In this document: positions 40,686 through 51,606 of the stretch, one piece after another
Layout: each line of letters opens with the position of its first letter
How positions within the stretch are numbered: the stretch's first letter is position 1
Assembly (NCBI GenBank): GCA_963741955.1
Contig: CAVUKB010000010.1
Location: 504,260-568,259 of the forward strand
Source: an uncultured Acidobacteriota bacterium
GTDB lineage: Bacteria; Acidobacteriota; Thermoanaerobaculia; Gp7-AA8
Direction of reading: 5' to 3'
Length of the DNA: 64,000 nucleotides
Made by a program: the position numbers and the translations under genes
The notes under the pieces: model-generated
Seen by the model: only the letters and a program-made list of their open reading frames with translations
Database searches by the model: none
Told to the model about the DNA's origin: nothing

Positions 40686-41900
40686 GCACTAGGGGCGATC
40701 GGAATTTGTGCGGCCGTTGCGTGTAGCTCGTCGAAAGGCTCGTCGTCGGCGGGCTCGACCGCATCGGCTGTGACGACCGGAAGCTCGACCGCATCAGCTG
40801 TGACCAGCGGGGTTTCGACCGGGTCGGGGCAGAGCGGCGGCAGTTATCAGCTGGACCCGGCGGTCACCTCGTTGCGGATTAACGCGGATGTGGCAAGCAT
40901 CGACCTGACCGCACAGGATGACGTGCGAGCGATTTCGGTGCGGGAGCGGCTGCACGGTGAGGCCACCACGACGAAGGAGGTTTCCGGTTCGTCGGCCACA
41001 CTGACCGCCAAGTGCCCGGCGGGGATCAACTTCGGTGCCGAATGCTCGGTGACCTACACGGTGACCATGCCGGCGCGGATCGCGCTGACTATCGATGGCG
41101 CTGCGGGCGACGTGACGGTGACCGGCCCGCTGATCAGCGCAACGATCTCCACGAATGCCGGACGGGTCGAGGGCACCGCGCTGGGCGCCGGCACGTACCA
41201 GGTCAGGACAAATGCCGGCAAGGTCAACTTGACCTTCGCCAAGCCACCGGACTCGGTGAAGGTGAAAACCGACATCGGACAGGTCACGCTGACCGTCCCG
41301 GGCAGCACCAAGTATGCGGTCACCGCTGACACGACCGTCGGCTCACAGGACGTGCAGGTCGACAGGGATCCGTCCTCGCCGCACCGCATCGACGTGTCCA
41401 CCAGCGTCGGCAGCATCACCATCAACAAGGGCTGATCGCATCGGTCGACACCATTACTCTGGCGTCCCGCACGAGGATGGTAACGACGGTGTACGTCAAC
41501 GGCCACGGTGAGCCGTTCGGGCACTACAAGCACTCGCGGCCCTTGGGCAACGTCCGATGACCCTTGGTGGCCAGCGGCGGACGTTGCGGCGACGCTCGGT
41601 GGTAAGTCAGAGGCAACAGAATCATCCATCTACGCGGGTTCTACCGCGGCGACGGTGCCAGCAAGCCCGAACCTAACGACGGCTACGGGCCCACCTGTTC
41701 ACCTTGCACGTCTGCGGCCTCGGGTATTGAAAAACGCATCGTCATGAGGCTCCCCGGCTGGCGGCAACGAACGAATGCCGCCGGCGTGGGCGCTGTCAAG
41801 CTCCCTGGGTCGGACCGCCGGGTTCGAGTAACACCCCCTTAGGTCTCGCTGGAGTGGAGCTAAGTGGACCTTGTGACCGCTTACGCGAAACGGCCGGCGG

Positions 41901-42215
41901 ATGTTGCAGCGTGCGAACGCGGCGCTCGGCACGAGCTGGACGTTGCACGATCTTCGCCACACGGCGGCGCAGCGGATGATCGACGATCCGCTGCTGTCGC
42001 TGACCGACGTGCAATGGGTACTCGGCCACGCGCATCTGAGCTCGACACAGATCTACCTGCGACCGCGTGAGGACGAGATTGTCGCCCGCGTACTGGAGCA
42101 TCAGCAAACCCGTCGCGACGTCCCGCCGCCCAGCCCGTCGTTGCACTACGGCACGTATCGACCCGAGGTCCTGGCCGCTCTGCTGGGCAGCGCGGGAGCT
42201 GAGTTGAATGGTTGA
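41901..42215 (+). pseudogene. Tyrosine recombinase C-terminal fragment
   Basis: LHDLRHT...LGHAHLSSTQIY catalytic H-R-H-Y motifs; N-terminus absent. Confidence 0.8.
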
Positions 42216-43452
42216 GCCGATGACCTCCGCCCTGGTGGCTGCGATGGCGCCCGACGCGGCGGGTGCGTGGTGCTCGTCCCTCGAAACTGCACGACGGCGC
42301 GGTCGTGACCCGCGTTCCCGCCCTGCCGACACCGTTCCTCGCGCGGCCGGACCGGTGGACCGGCTACCGACCGCAGCCGCGAGCAGCTGCTCGACGCGTT
42401 GGCCAGCATCGAGACTCGCCACGACGCGAAGGAACGCGCACGGCGCCAGCTCGCCCTCAGGCTGCTGCTGGATTGGCTCGGCGGCTTCGACGGCGACAGC
42501 TGGCAACAGCGGTGGATGGCCAGCGGCGCCGACGTCGCCGGCCGGAGCTGGTCTGGCCTGGTGCAGTTCCGGGGCGTCAGCAAGGCCTACCGCACCACGC
42601 AGATGACCGGCGCGATCGCGAGGTTGATCTTGCTGGACGCTATTAGGCCCACCTACTCCTGGTTGTATGCCGCCTTCGCGGGCACCTTGTATGAACGGTT
42701 CCGGGAGCTCCGTGACCCGGACGGGTTTCGCGGCACTGGACGTCGTGTGCACGCAGACAACGCCACGGTTCACCCCGACCGATCGACGCACGGCCTACGT
42801 GCAGCTGTCCCGGATTCTGATCCACACCGGCGGCCAGCTGGCCGACATCACCCTCGATGACTGTGTCGAGGCATCGCGAGCGCAGGTGCGAGTACTCGCA
42901 CAAGAACCACACCCACTGGTACCCGCTGCTACGCCAGGCGGGATACTGCCGGAGTCGACGCCGCCGACCATGCTGTCCGCGACTCGACGCGGACAGTTGA
43001 GCATCGCTGAGCTCGTCGACGCCCAGCACATCCAGTGTCGCCCGGTGCGGGACCTGTTCGTCGACTATCTGCACGAACGGGCACCCGGCTTGGACTACAG
43101 CTGGCTGGTCGCGCTGGTGAGCAAGATCGTGCGCCTATTCTGGCGAGACCTGGAGATCCACGAACCGGGCATCGACTCGCTGCACCTATCCGACGACGTG
43201 GCCCGCCGATGGAAACAACGACTCAGCGAAGTTCGCCACGGACGGCAACGCATCGGACAGCCTCGGCAAGACCTTGCCGCGAACCTGATGGCGGTGCGCG
43301 CGTTCTACGCCGACCTGACCCACTGGCGCTGGAAGACCCAGCCCGTTGGGCGGTCTGGGTAGCGCCGAGCCCAGTGACCTCGCGTGATCTCGCGGGGATG
43401 GGCAAGCAGCGTCAGCATGCCGTTGCGCGCACGCACCAGCGCACCCGCGAAC
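42208..43452 (+). pseudogene. Second large integrase-type gene of a tandem recombinase (Tn554/RIT-like) module, N-terminal part, frameshifted and truncated
   Basis: LLLDWL..FDGDSWQQRW..SGAD, CRPVRDLFVDYL.ER.P.LDY and FWRDLE.H.PGIDSLHL motifs; start overlaps the preceding gene. Confidence 0.65.
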
Positions 43453-44039
43453 TCCGCTCGGCCACCCACCGGCAGCAGGCCAGCTTGCTACCCGGTTCCA
43501 GGGCACGCTGGGCGACCATCGCGAAAACCACCCGCTCGGCCAGGCCGGCGTCCAGCTTGCGGCCGGTCGCAGCCTTGCGCAGCGCCGCGCCGATGCCCAG
43601 CCGTGCCCACAGCGCATCCAGCGTCCACGCCCCGCCCAGCCGCCGGGAGTCGAGGACCTCCACGTCGGCTCCCGCCGCGGCAGCCACCGCGTCGGCCGGG
43701 TCGAGGAAGCGGGAGATCGAGGACACCAGCCTGGCCAGCGCCCGATCCACCGTCTCCGCTCGCCCAAAGTTGTGGATCACCGTCGCCGTCGACACGCCGG
43801 TCTCGGGGTGGCGGGTGTTGTGCGCCAACTGCAGGTACCGCACCACACTGCCGTCCCGGTTCGTGCGCCGCGTCTCCCGCAGATACATGCCCGTGAATCC
43901 GCTCTCACCGCCACTGTCGAGCGACACGCCCAAAGTCGTGTGCCTACAAGTTCTCACGTGATCAGGACTCGACACCCCAGCAAACTGGGGCTTCAGCTCG
44001 GATCAAGCCCGAATATGCCTACGAACTGCGGAAGTCAGG
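43453..44039 (-). mobile_element. IS1634-family left end with transposase N-terminal fragment (ATG 43888)
   Basis: MYLRETRRTNRDGSVVRYLQLAHN, LDALWARLGI, ERVVFAMVAQRALEPGSK; end CCTGACTTCCGCAG. Confidence 0.8.
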
Positions 44040-44152
44040 TTCAGGGTCAGCGCCTTGCGCAGCCCGTTGTAGCCGTTGAGCGCTTCGTAGTTGTGGATCT
44101 TCCAGGGCTGGTCGGTGTCGAACCGTTTCGTCAGCACGGGGGACAGGGGCAT
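44040..44152 (-). pseudogene. NuoF-like N-terminus interrupted by IS1634
   Basis: Manual translation MPLSPVLTKRFDTDQPWKIHNYEALNGYNGLRKAL resembles the actinobacterial NuoF start; CAGGAG RBS. Confidence 0.6.
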
Positions 44153-44153
44153 C

Positions 44154-44507
44154 TCAGGTCGCTCCTGTTGATGGAGTGGGCAGCTTGGCCACAGTGAGCA
44201 GCACTGCGGCGTCCTCGACCGCTTCCAGACTGTGCCTATTGTCGGGGACTATGAGAAGGTCACCGATTGCTCCGTCCCAGGTGGTCTCACCCGCGACCAG
44301 CCGGACTCGGCCGTGCAGGATGTGGACGGTCGCTTCGCCGGGGTTCTTGTGCTCGTCGAGGCGTTGCCCGGCGGCGAGTGCGATCAGCGTCTGCCGGAGG
44401 ACATGTTCGTGTCCGCCGTACACGGTGTGGGCGCTGCGGCCGCTGGGGGCGGCGCGGGTCAGGTCGAGTTGGTGTCGGGCCAGTGCGGTGAGCGAGGACT
44501 TCTCCAT
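44154..44507 (-). CDS. Cupin domain protein
   Basis: LRQTLIAL.AG..LDEH.NPGEATVHIL.G...GDLLIVP..RHSLEA. Confidence 0.85.
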   Translation of the reverse strand: MEKSSLTALARHQLDLTRAAPSGRSAHTVYGGHEHVLRQTLIALAAGQRLDEHKNPGEATVHILHGRVRLVAGETTWDGAIGDLLIVPDNRHSLEAVEDAAVLLTVAKLPTPSTGAT

Positions 44508-44561
44508 CGGTGGTGCCTTCCGTAGTGCTGCCGCGTGATCTCGTTGATCCGAATTGGATGG

Positions 44562-46454
44562 TCAGATGGATTGGCGGTAGCCGAAGAATTCGTGATCTTC
44601 GTTGTAGCCGCCGTAGCCGCCACCGATCTCGGCGTAATGCGCGACGAACTCGATTCCCTTGACCCACTTGACCTGTTTGAACCCGAGCTGGGTCTCGTTG
44701 CGCAGCCGTAGTGGGGCGCCGTGCCCGAAGGACAGAGGCTCATCGTTCATGTCGTAGGCGAGCATCGTGAGGTGGTAGGCCATCTGTTCGATGGGGTGGG
44801 CGTCGTAGTAGATGCCGCCGTCCGGGCCGTCGCCGAGGGAGTAGAACACCACCCACTTCGCATCGTCGGTCGGCTGCACGAGGTCGATGAGGGTTTGCAT
44901 GGACACCCCGCCCCACTTGGCGATGCCCGACCAGCCTTGGATGCAGAAGTGTTGGGTGATCTGCTCGTGGTGCGGCATCGCCCGTAGATCGGCGAGGCCG
45001 AGCTCCACGGGGTGGGCGACGAGGCCGTTGATCCGCAGCCGGTAGTCGATGAAGGAGCCGTCTTGTAGGGCGGTGTAGGCGGCGGAATCGGGGTAGACGC
45101 CGTTGTGCCAGAAGTACGGTGAGATGTCATCCTCGGTGTACTGGCCCGGTTTCGCGTCCAGATGCTCAAAAAGCCGCTGCACGGGGCCGATGAGGGCGAA
45201 CCCGACCCGCTGCACGACGCGGGGGTGCCGAAAGGTGAACGGGGTAGCCGCGACCCAGCCGACGACGACGATCACCATCGACGCGGCGAAAGCCCAGAAC
45301 CCCGCCCAGCTCGAATCCGTGCGTCCGGCATACATGTGGTTCAGGTTGTGCAGCAGCCCGGTGGTGAACACCAGCGCGACGTGCACGACGATGAAGAACA
45401 GGAACCACACCAGGACCAGGAAATGCAGCGACCGGGCGGTTTGGATGCTCAGCACGGAGCTGATCCGCCGGAACCGGGTGGATAGTGCCGGCGACATACC
45501 GAGCCCCGTGATGAACGCCAGCGGGGCTGCGATGAACAAGGTAATGAAGTAGGCCAGCAGCTGCAGGCTGTTGTAGGCACCACCGGTGGTCTCGGCCGGC
45601 CAGGTCAACGACAGGTACTGGATCAGGGTTGAGACGGCGTTGGGGAACACCGACCAGCTGGTGGGCACGACGCGTCGCCATTCGCCGGTGGTGAAGATCA
45701 GGACGTAGAACACGATCCCGTTGAGCAGCCACAGCGTGTCGACGCCCAGGTGCCACCAGCGAGCGAGCCCGATGGAGTGCCGGATACCGGGCAGCCCGAC
45801 CTGGCCGGGCAGGCTAATCGAGTCCTTCTTCGCCGTCCACAACGGATCGGGCGGTACTGGCTTCTGAATGCGGAACCAGTCCCTGCCGGGGGTGCTGTGG
45901 CGCGTCCAGTACAGGCGTGGGTGGTCGGTGAGGATCTGCAGGCCCGAACGGATGATGAAGATCAGCAGGAACAGATTGAAGAAATGCTGCACCCCGACCC
46001 AGATCGGCAACGCGGCAGTGTGTGGGCCCCGGGAAGAGGCGATGGTGCCCGGGTGCTCGGCGATGAACCGCTGGACCGAACCTGTATTGCGCAGACCCTT
46101 GGCCGTCGCGACCGCGACGATCAGGAGCACAAATCCGATCGGCAGCAACCACAGCAGGTTGAACCACCGGGACCGACCAACGCGAACCCGCGGAGCGATG
46201 CCATGAGCCATCGGCACCGAACCCGCCCACGTGCTCGGATCGACGATGTCCTCACCCGAAGACAACTGACTTCGGTAACTCGTCTCGGCATCGGACGCAG
46301 TATGTCCATCGCTCGGTGACGGACGTTGTTCAGGTGGCCGCCCGGCGGCAACGCTCGGCAAGGTCGGGTCGCTTGGACCGCTCAACGCAGGATCCTTCGA
46401 GCCGGTCCGCAGAGCGTGCGGAGCGACGGGCCATCGTGCGCGGTGACGTACCAC
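44562..46454 (-). CDS. Cytochrome b-like domain fused to a sulfite-oxidase-family molybdopterin oxidoreductase domain (start uncertain)
   Basis: TM region with QHFFN, RWWHL, YNSLQLLAY and RSLHF..VHV; C-terminal HFCIQGWS and HGAPLRLR..QLGFKQVKWV. Confidence 0.85.
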   Translation of the reverse strand: MVRHRARWPVAPHALRTGSKDPALSGPSDPTLPSVAAGRPPEQRPSPSDGHTASDAETSYRSQLSSGEDIVDPSTWAGSVPMAHGIAPRVRVGRSRWFNLLWLLPIGFVLLIVAVATAKGLRNTGSVQRFIAEHPGTIASSRGPHTAALPIWVGVQHFFNLFLLIFIIRSGLQILTDHPRLYWTRHSTPGRDWFRIQKPVPPDPLWTAKKDSISLPGQVGLPGIRHSIGLARWWHLGVDTLWLLNGIVFYVLIFTTGEWRRVVPTSWSVFPNAVSTLIQYLSLTWPAETTGGAYNSLQLLAYFITLFIAAPLAFITGLGMSPALSTRFRRISSVLSIQTARSLHFLVLVWFLFFIVVHVALVFTTGLLHNLNHMYAGRTDSSWAGFWAFAASMVIVVVGWVAATPFTFRHPRVVQRVGFALIGPVQRLFEHLDAKPGQYTEDDISPYFWHNGVYPDSAAYTALQDGSFIDYRLRINGLVAHPVELGLADLRAMPHHEQITQHFCIQGWSGIAKWGGVSMQTLIDLVQPTDDAKWVVFYSLGDGPDGGIYYDAHPIEQMAYHLTMLAYDMNDEPLSFGHGAPLRLRNETQLGFKQVKWVKGIEFVAHYAEIGGGYGGYNEDHEFFGYRQSI

Positions 46455-46599
46455 TGGGCGGTGAGCAAATACTCACGAACTTGCTGCCCTGCGGCGACAA
46501 GGACGTTCCCGGACCGGCGGGGTCTCAGCACGACTAACCAGACTCTGCCGGCCGACCTTTGTCAAGGCGCCGACTCGCGATGGGACGGCGCGCCTGTCA

Positions 46600-47055
46600 G
46601 CGGTCCAGCTGGTGCATATAAGAATTCGGCCATCACGCCACTGGTGTAACTCGGTATGCGCTGGTCGTGGACTGGTTAAGCGCCCCGTGGCGAGTGGTGT
46701 CCGGGGTAGTGGGCCCGCTGCTGCGGGCCATCGTGCGGCACGTCCCACGGCTCGAGCGGCGCTGCTGATCGCCGCGGTGGCGGTCGTGCAGCTAGTCCAG
46801 CACCACGCCTGGCTGTCCCTGGCCACCTTGGTCGGGCTGTTCGTCGTCGCCGTCGTTCAGCCGATGTGCGATGCCGCGGTCAGCCGGGCCAGCGAACGCG
46901 CCGCCGACCGCCACACCGTCAGCCACGGCAGCGGCTACGATCTCGCCCGGGTGCTGCGCGCCTTCCCGTCGTCCACGCCGACGGGTCGGTGGCGGTCCAG
47001 CCATCCCGACCCGGCCCGACGAACGGCCGATCTCACCACTGCGCCAAGGTCGTGA
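46600..47055 (+). pseudogene. M48-family peptidase remnant
   Basis: CAT-ATAA-GAATTCGGCCAT gives HEFGH split by 4 extra bases; downstream SRASERAADR...SHP..R. Confidence 0.5.
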
Positions 47056-47873
47056 CCACGAGGACGTGGCCTGGTAGAGCGGTGTAGCGAGGATGCCGCA
47101 GCGAGCTGGGCGACCGCTGACCTGATCGTCTGTCGGCGGCCATCGGAGTCGGAGTCTGCCCGGTGGCGGCCATCAAGTCGCGATCGCAGCTGTCACGGAG
47201 AGCAAGCGGTCGCCGGGTTCCTGCCGCCTTGGAAATTGCCGACCGATCGCCGAATCCGGAACGATCTCGGCATCGGATCACTGCCGGACATGCTGCGCGA
47301 TATGTGCGGACGGACTCGGCAAACCCGCTTGACCCAGCGGCTGCGGCCCTCGAAGTGAGGCGTCAGCTGGGGCGGCGCAGGTGGTGCAGAGCCCGGGGGG
47401 CATTGGGCCGTACGCGGCTTTCTTGGGCGTGCTCGAGTTCCGCGACGCCGTCGACATCGACGCCACTTTGGGGCCCAGGTAGTTCGGGGCCAGGGAGACA
47501 CCGGCGACGTTGAGTCAGCAGCCGTGCACAGCAGCTCACGCCGAAGATCGCACCGAATGAGTCGCTACCTACCGGCACGCGTCGCGTCTGAACTCATCTT
47601 GTCGACGCGTGCGCCTGAAGGATCATGGCCGGCGCGCCGATGAGATAAACCCGGACGCCTGAGCTTGGTACTGCGCCGCCCAACGCCGACCGCCGCCGCG
47701 CCGCGCGAGAACCTCCTGCTCGTTGTTCGCGCCTGGCCGGTGGCGCACCTCCTCCGCTGCACACTGCAGGTGGCTGAGGTTGACGCCGACACCCGCCGAC
47801 ACCGAAAAGACACCTCCGGGTGATGCCTGCGATGGGATGATTCCCGGATTGGTAGCACGTGAGGAGGCCGATC

Positions 47874-49682
47874 ATGAATGGTCATCGTGTCCGGGCCGCT
47901 GCCGTGGCGGGCCTAATGCTGAGCGCGCTCGTCGCGGTCCCGGCCGGCGCCGCTACCGCGCCCGGATCTAGCCCGTCGAACTGCACCTCGGGCGCGCACA
48001 CGCTGTCGCATTTCGGCGACCATGTGTACCCGGAGACCGGAAATGGCGGCTACACCAGCCTGCACACCGATATCCACATGGTCTACGACGCGCCGTCGAA
48101 CCAGTTCCTGTCGGGCAACAATATCGAGCTGACAGTGCGCGCGACGCAGTGCCTGACCGACTTCAGCCTCGACTTCGAGCGGACCAGCGTGGACCCGGTC
48201 GACGGACCGGACATGACCGTCAACTCGATCGTCGTCAACGGGCGGCCGGCGTCCTACAAGTTCGTGCAACCGACATATCCGGGCGACCCGAACGGCCAGG
48301 ACGACCCGGACCCGCGCGCCCACCAGGCCAGCCAGGTCAGCCCGGTCGGCGGGCCTAACAACAACCCGCTGCCACCCGCCTGCACCCCGCAGGTGACCGG
48401 CAACGACGTCAACGCGCAGAACGGCGAGCCGTGCCCGGCGAACAAGCTGGTGATCACGCCGTTCCAGCGCATCCCGGCCAGCGCGGTCTTCAAGGTCACG
48501 GTGTTCTACACCGGCCGCCCGGGCGTGCACACCGACGGCGACGGGTCGACCGAGGGATGGTTCCGCAACGACGTGCCTCCGGGCGACGGCGGCTTCGTCA
48601 CCACCGAACCGGTCGGCACCGAGGACTGGATGCCGCTGAACAACCATCCGAGCGCGAAGCCGACCTACGACTTCTACGACACCGTCAACGCCGGGAAGAC
48701 CGCGGTCGCCAACGGCATCCTCCGCTCCACCACGAACAACCCGCCCGACGCGCCGTTCCCCGGCGGATCGACCACCTATCACTGGCAGTCGCCCGCCCCC
48801 ATCGCGAACTACCTGGTCGAGAACAGCGTCGGCAACTACGACCTGACCTTCCGCGACGCCGACGACGGCATCCGCTACTACGAGGCGCAGGCCGGCGCCA
48901 TCGAACCCGCGCAGAAGCAGGCCAACCTCGCGATCATGGACCAGCAGCAGGACATCACCGATTTCCAGAGCCAGTTCAACGGCCCGTTCCCGTTCACGTC
49001 CAACGGCGTCCTCGTCGGCATCCCGCAGGCCGGGTTCGAGGAGGAGATGCAGACGATGATCACCTTCCAGGGCGGCCGGATCGGGCTGCGGACGTTCCAC
49101 CACGAGAACATGCACCAGTGGTGGGGCGACAGCGTCAGCGAGGGCAACTACAACCTGACCTTCTTCAAGGAGGGCATGGCACGCTTCGGCGAGTACCTGT
49201 TCAACGCCCGCAACGCCGCGATCGCAGCGGGCGGTATGGGCACGCCGGCCGGCGACGCGGCGTTCGACGCGAGCCTGGTGAACCAGTTCAACGCGAACTA
49301 CGCGAACACCGGCAGCATGTGGATCAGTGCGCCGTCGGACCCGACGCCGGCCCGGCTGTTCACGTCTGCCACCACCTACAACCGGCCGGCTACCGCGTAC
49401 ATCGCGCTGCGGCAGATCCTCGGAAAGGACAACTTCACCGCCGCCCTGCAGCAGATCCAACGCGACTACCGCCACTCGAGCATCACCGAGGCCCAACTGG
49501 AGGCCGAGTTCCACGCCTTCATGCCGAACCACAGCGCCGCGTGCAGCGCCCGCCTCGACGAGTTCTTCACCCAGTGGTTCGACACCGTGTACGCGCCCGG
49601 CGGCGGGGCTAACCGCCCGCAGCTCACCGGTCCCGGCCTTGCCGGTCCGGGCTTCTACAACTCGGACGGCACCTGCGGCTAA
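47874..49682 (+). CDS. Secreted M1-family aminopeptidase
   Basis: Signal peptide; YP..GNGGY, WMP.NNHP..K.TY, HENMHQWWGD plus downstream FKEG zinc motif; GAGGAGG RBS. Confidence 0.85.
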   Translation: MNGHRVRAAAVAGLMLSALVAVPAGAATAPGSSPSNCTSGAHTLSHFGDHVYPETGNGGYTSLHTDIHMVYDAPSNQFLSGNNIELTVRATQCLTDFSLDFERTSVDPVDGPDMTVNSIVVNGRPASYKFVQPTYPGDPNGQDDPDPRAHQASQVSPVGGPNNNPLPPACTPQVTGNDVNAQNGEPCPANKLVITPFQRIPASAVFKVTVFYTGRPGVHTDGDGSTEGWFRNDVPPGDGGFVTTEPVGTEDWMPLNNHPSAKPTYDFYDTVNAGKTAVANGILRSTTNNPPDAPFPGGSTTYHWQSPAPIANYLVENSVGNYDLTFRDADDGIRYYEAQAGAIEPAQKQANLAIMDQQQDITDFQSQFNGPFPFTSNGVLVGIPQAGFEEEMQTMITFQGGRIGLRTFHHENMHQWWGDSVSEGNYNLTFFKEGMARFGEYLFNARNAAIAAGGMGTPAGDAAFDASLVNQFNANYANTGSMWISAPSDPTPARLFTSATTYNRPATAYIALRQILGKDNFTAALQQIQRDYRHSSITEAQLEAEFHAFMPNHSAACSARLDEFFTQWFDTVYAPGGGANRPQLTGPGLAGPGFYNSDGTCG

Positions 49683-49758
49683 GCGCACCTCGCCGAGGCG
49701 TCGCGCAGGTGGTTGACTGCCGCACGGCCGACGCCTCGGCGCCCGCGCTTGTTCGTCG

Positions 49759-49910
49759 CTAGCGCGCCACAGTGAGGTGACGACGGTCGAGACTGGCGAT
49801 CTCGGTCAGTGCGAGGCGCTCGCACACGGCGATCACTGTGGCGTCGGTGGTGCCCAACGGCAGATCCCGGTAGGTGTGCACCAGGTCGGCGGCGCGCCGG
49901 TAGTCCTCGC
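49759..49910 (-). pseudogene. VapC/PIN toxin C-terminal fragment
   Basis: Manual translation DYRRAADLVHTYRDLPLGTTDATVIAVCERLALTEIASLDRRH. Confidence 0.7.
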
Positions 49911-50856
49911 GGGTGACCCGCCGTCACAGCCGCGTCTTCTGCAGCGCCGAGCGCTGCAACTGAGGCGTGACTGCAAGGTTTTGACTGGCGGTGGACACGC
50001 GATTGTTCGTTAACCTTGTAGCGCCGCAGGCGGCTGGGAGCGTCCGCATGAGCTGTTCTGCGAGGGTGATCGCGGTTCGGGCTGTGATCGACTACGCGCG
50101 AGGTCTCAGGCGCGGGTGCGGGCCTTTGAGCTGGTGGCCGTTCGGGCAGTGCGAAGACCGGCCAACTTCCTGACAGCCCCGGTTGTCTGGATGAGCCGGA
50201 CGCGGCTGTCGTGAACGCGACGAACGCACGTTCGACCTGCCGTTAGCTGGGCGGGCCTCGGGCGTCGGCGCGAGGGCTCAAGAGGCGTCACTTATTGCCG
50301 GGTGGTGAACACCGCGGCGCCGGTGAGGTCGCCCATCATTGCCGAGCCGCATAATCAACCCGGTTGGCAGTGCTTTCGCGGAACGCAAGGCGGACCTTCG
50401 GGTGGCTGTGCCGCGCGAAAGATGAGCGCGGGGGGTGGCGAGGAACCAACTTCACCCGCGCCCCGTTCGTGCCACCGCCCGGCGCAGAAACTGGGCGTGT
50501 CGGTGACCCAGCTGCAGAGTGCCGACTACGCAACCGGCAGGGCCTTGCCGGACGGGCCGGTGCCGTCGGTGGCGGCAGCTTCGGCCTGCAGATCGTCCGG
50601 GAACTCGCGACCATCCGCCGGGTGGACGTGTCGATGGCCGAGCAGCCGGCGATGCGGTCGCTCCGGCTCGGCATGAGCCCGATGCCGTGTGTGCCACCAG
50701 CACAGATCCCGGTCGAGCTGAACAGCTCGGGTCACGGCCGACCGGTGGGTGCAGGCGTGCAGAGAGTTCGTCATCGGCGTCAGCCGGCGCCTACTCAAGC
50801 AAGCTGGCGTCACGTTCCGCTGCTGGGCTGGGATGGCCCAGCAGCGGCGTGCAGGG

Positions 50857-51606
50857 TCAGATCTCGCGGGAGCGGTCGAGTGCGGCGGTTGCGCTGACGA
50901 GTGCGGCGGTGTAGGCGAGTAGCACGGCTGCGGCTGCGACCGGCAGGAGTTGGCTGGCTTGGGTGTGGCTGCTGGTTACCTCGCGGATTGCGCCGCTGGG
51001 CAGCCAGTTGGTCAGGTGTGGTTGGTTGGTGACGACCGGCAGGATGCCTTCGATGATGAAGGCCCACACCAGCGTGACGCCGACCGCGGCCGCGGTGTTA
51101 CGCAGGAGCGCCCCGATCGCGACGCCGAGAATGCCTTGCAGGGCGATCACTGCGGGCAGGATGAGGGCCAGCCTGGGTATGCCGTGTGCCAGCGGCTCGA
51201 CCGCGACGTGGTGCCGGGCGAGGACGATCGCTCCGACGCCGGTGCCGACGACGTCTATGGCGAAGCCGACGACGAGCCCGACGGCGGCGAGGGTGATGAG
51301 CTTGGCGGCGAGCAGCCGGGTCGTGCGGGGCTCTTCGAGCCGGGCGGGAAAGATCGTGCGGTGCCGGTATTCCCCGGCGGCGGCGAGCAGCCCGACCAGC
51401 AGCACTGCCGCACCGGTGAGCTGCGCGGGAGCGTGTAGGAAGTCGGCCAGGCTCGACGGTGCGAGCGTCGGTTCGCCGCGGTGGCCGGCCACTGCGCCGT
51501 TGAAGATCGGCAGCGCGGCGGCGAACAGGGCCAGGACGCCGACGCACACGGCGAGCATGCGGGTGGTGCGTAGCTTGAGCAGCTCCGCGGCGATGAGGGA
51601 TCTCAT
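50857..51606 (-). CDS. ABC-2 type transporter permease
   Basis: AELLKLRT.R, GEYRHRTI and GALLRNTAAA motifs; about six TM segments. Confidence 0.88.
   Translation of the reverse strand: MRSLIAAELLKLRTTRMLAVCVGVLALFAAALPIFNGAVAGHRGEPTLAPSSLADFLHAPAQLTGAAVLLVGLLAAAGEYRHRTIFPARLEEPRTTRLLAAKLITLAAVGLVVGFAIDVVGTGVGAIVLARHHVAVEPLAHGIPRLALILPAVIALQGILGVAIGALLRNTAAAVGVTLVWAFIIEGILPVVTNQPHLTNWLPSGAIREVTSSHTQASQLLPVAAAAVLLAYTAALVSATAALDRSREI

Larger units (their letters stand above)
39071..41435 (+). pseudogene. DUF4097-like beta-repeat lipoprotein gene interrupted by IS4 in its signal peptide
   Basis: Removing the IS and one TSD restores MRSTRMVELALGAIGICAAVAC-SS; downstream T..G.V.L repeats. Confidence 0.75.

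Noticed and set aside
47060-47860. Unassigned region with short ORFs (also 49920-50850 and 41440-41890)
   Set aside because: No recognisable motifs, repeats or convincing RBS-start pairs; left unannotated
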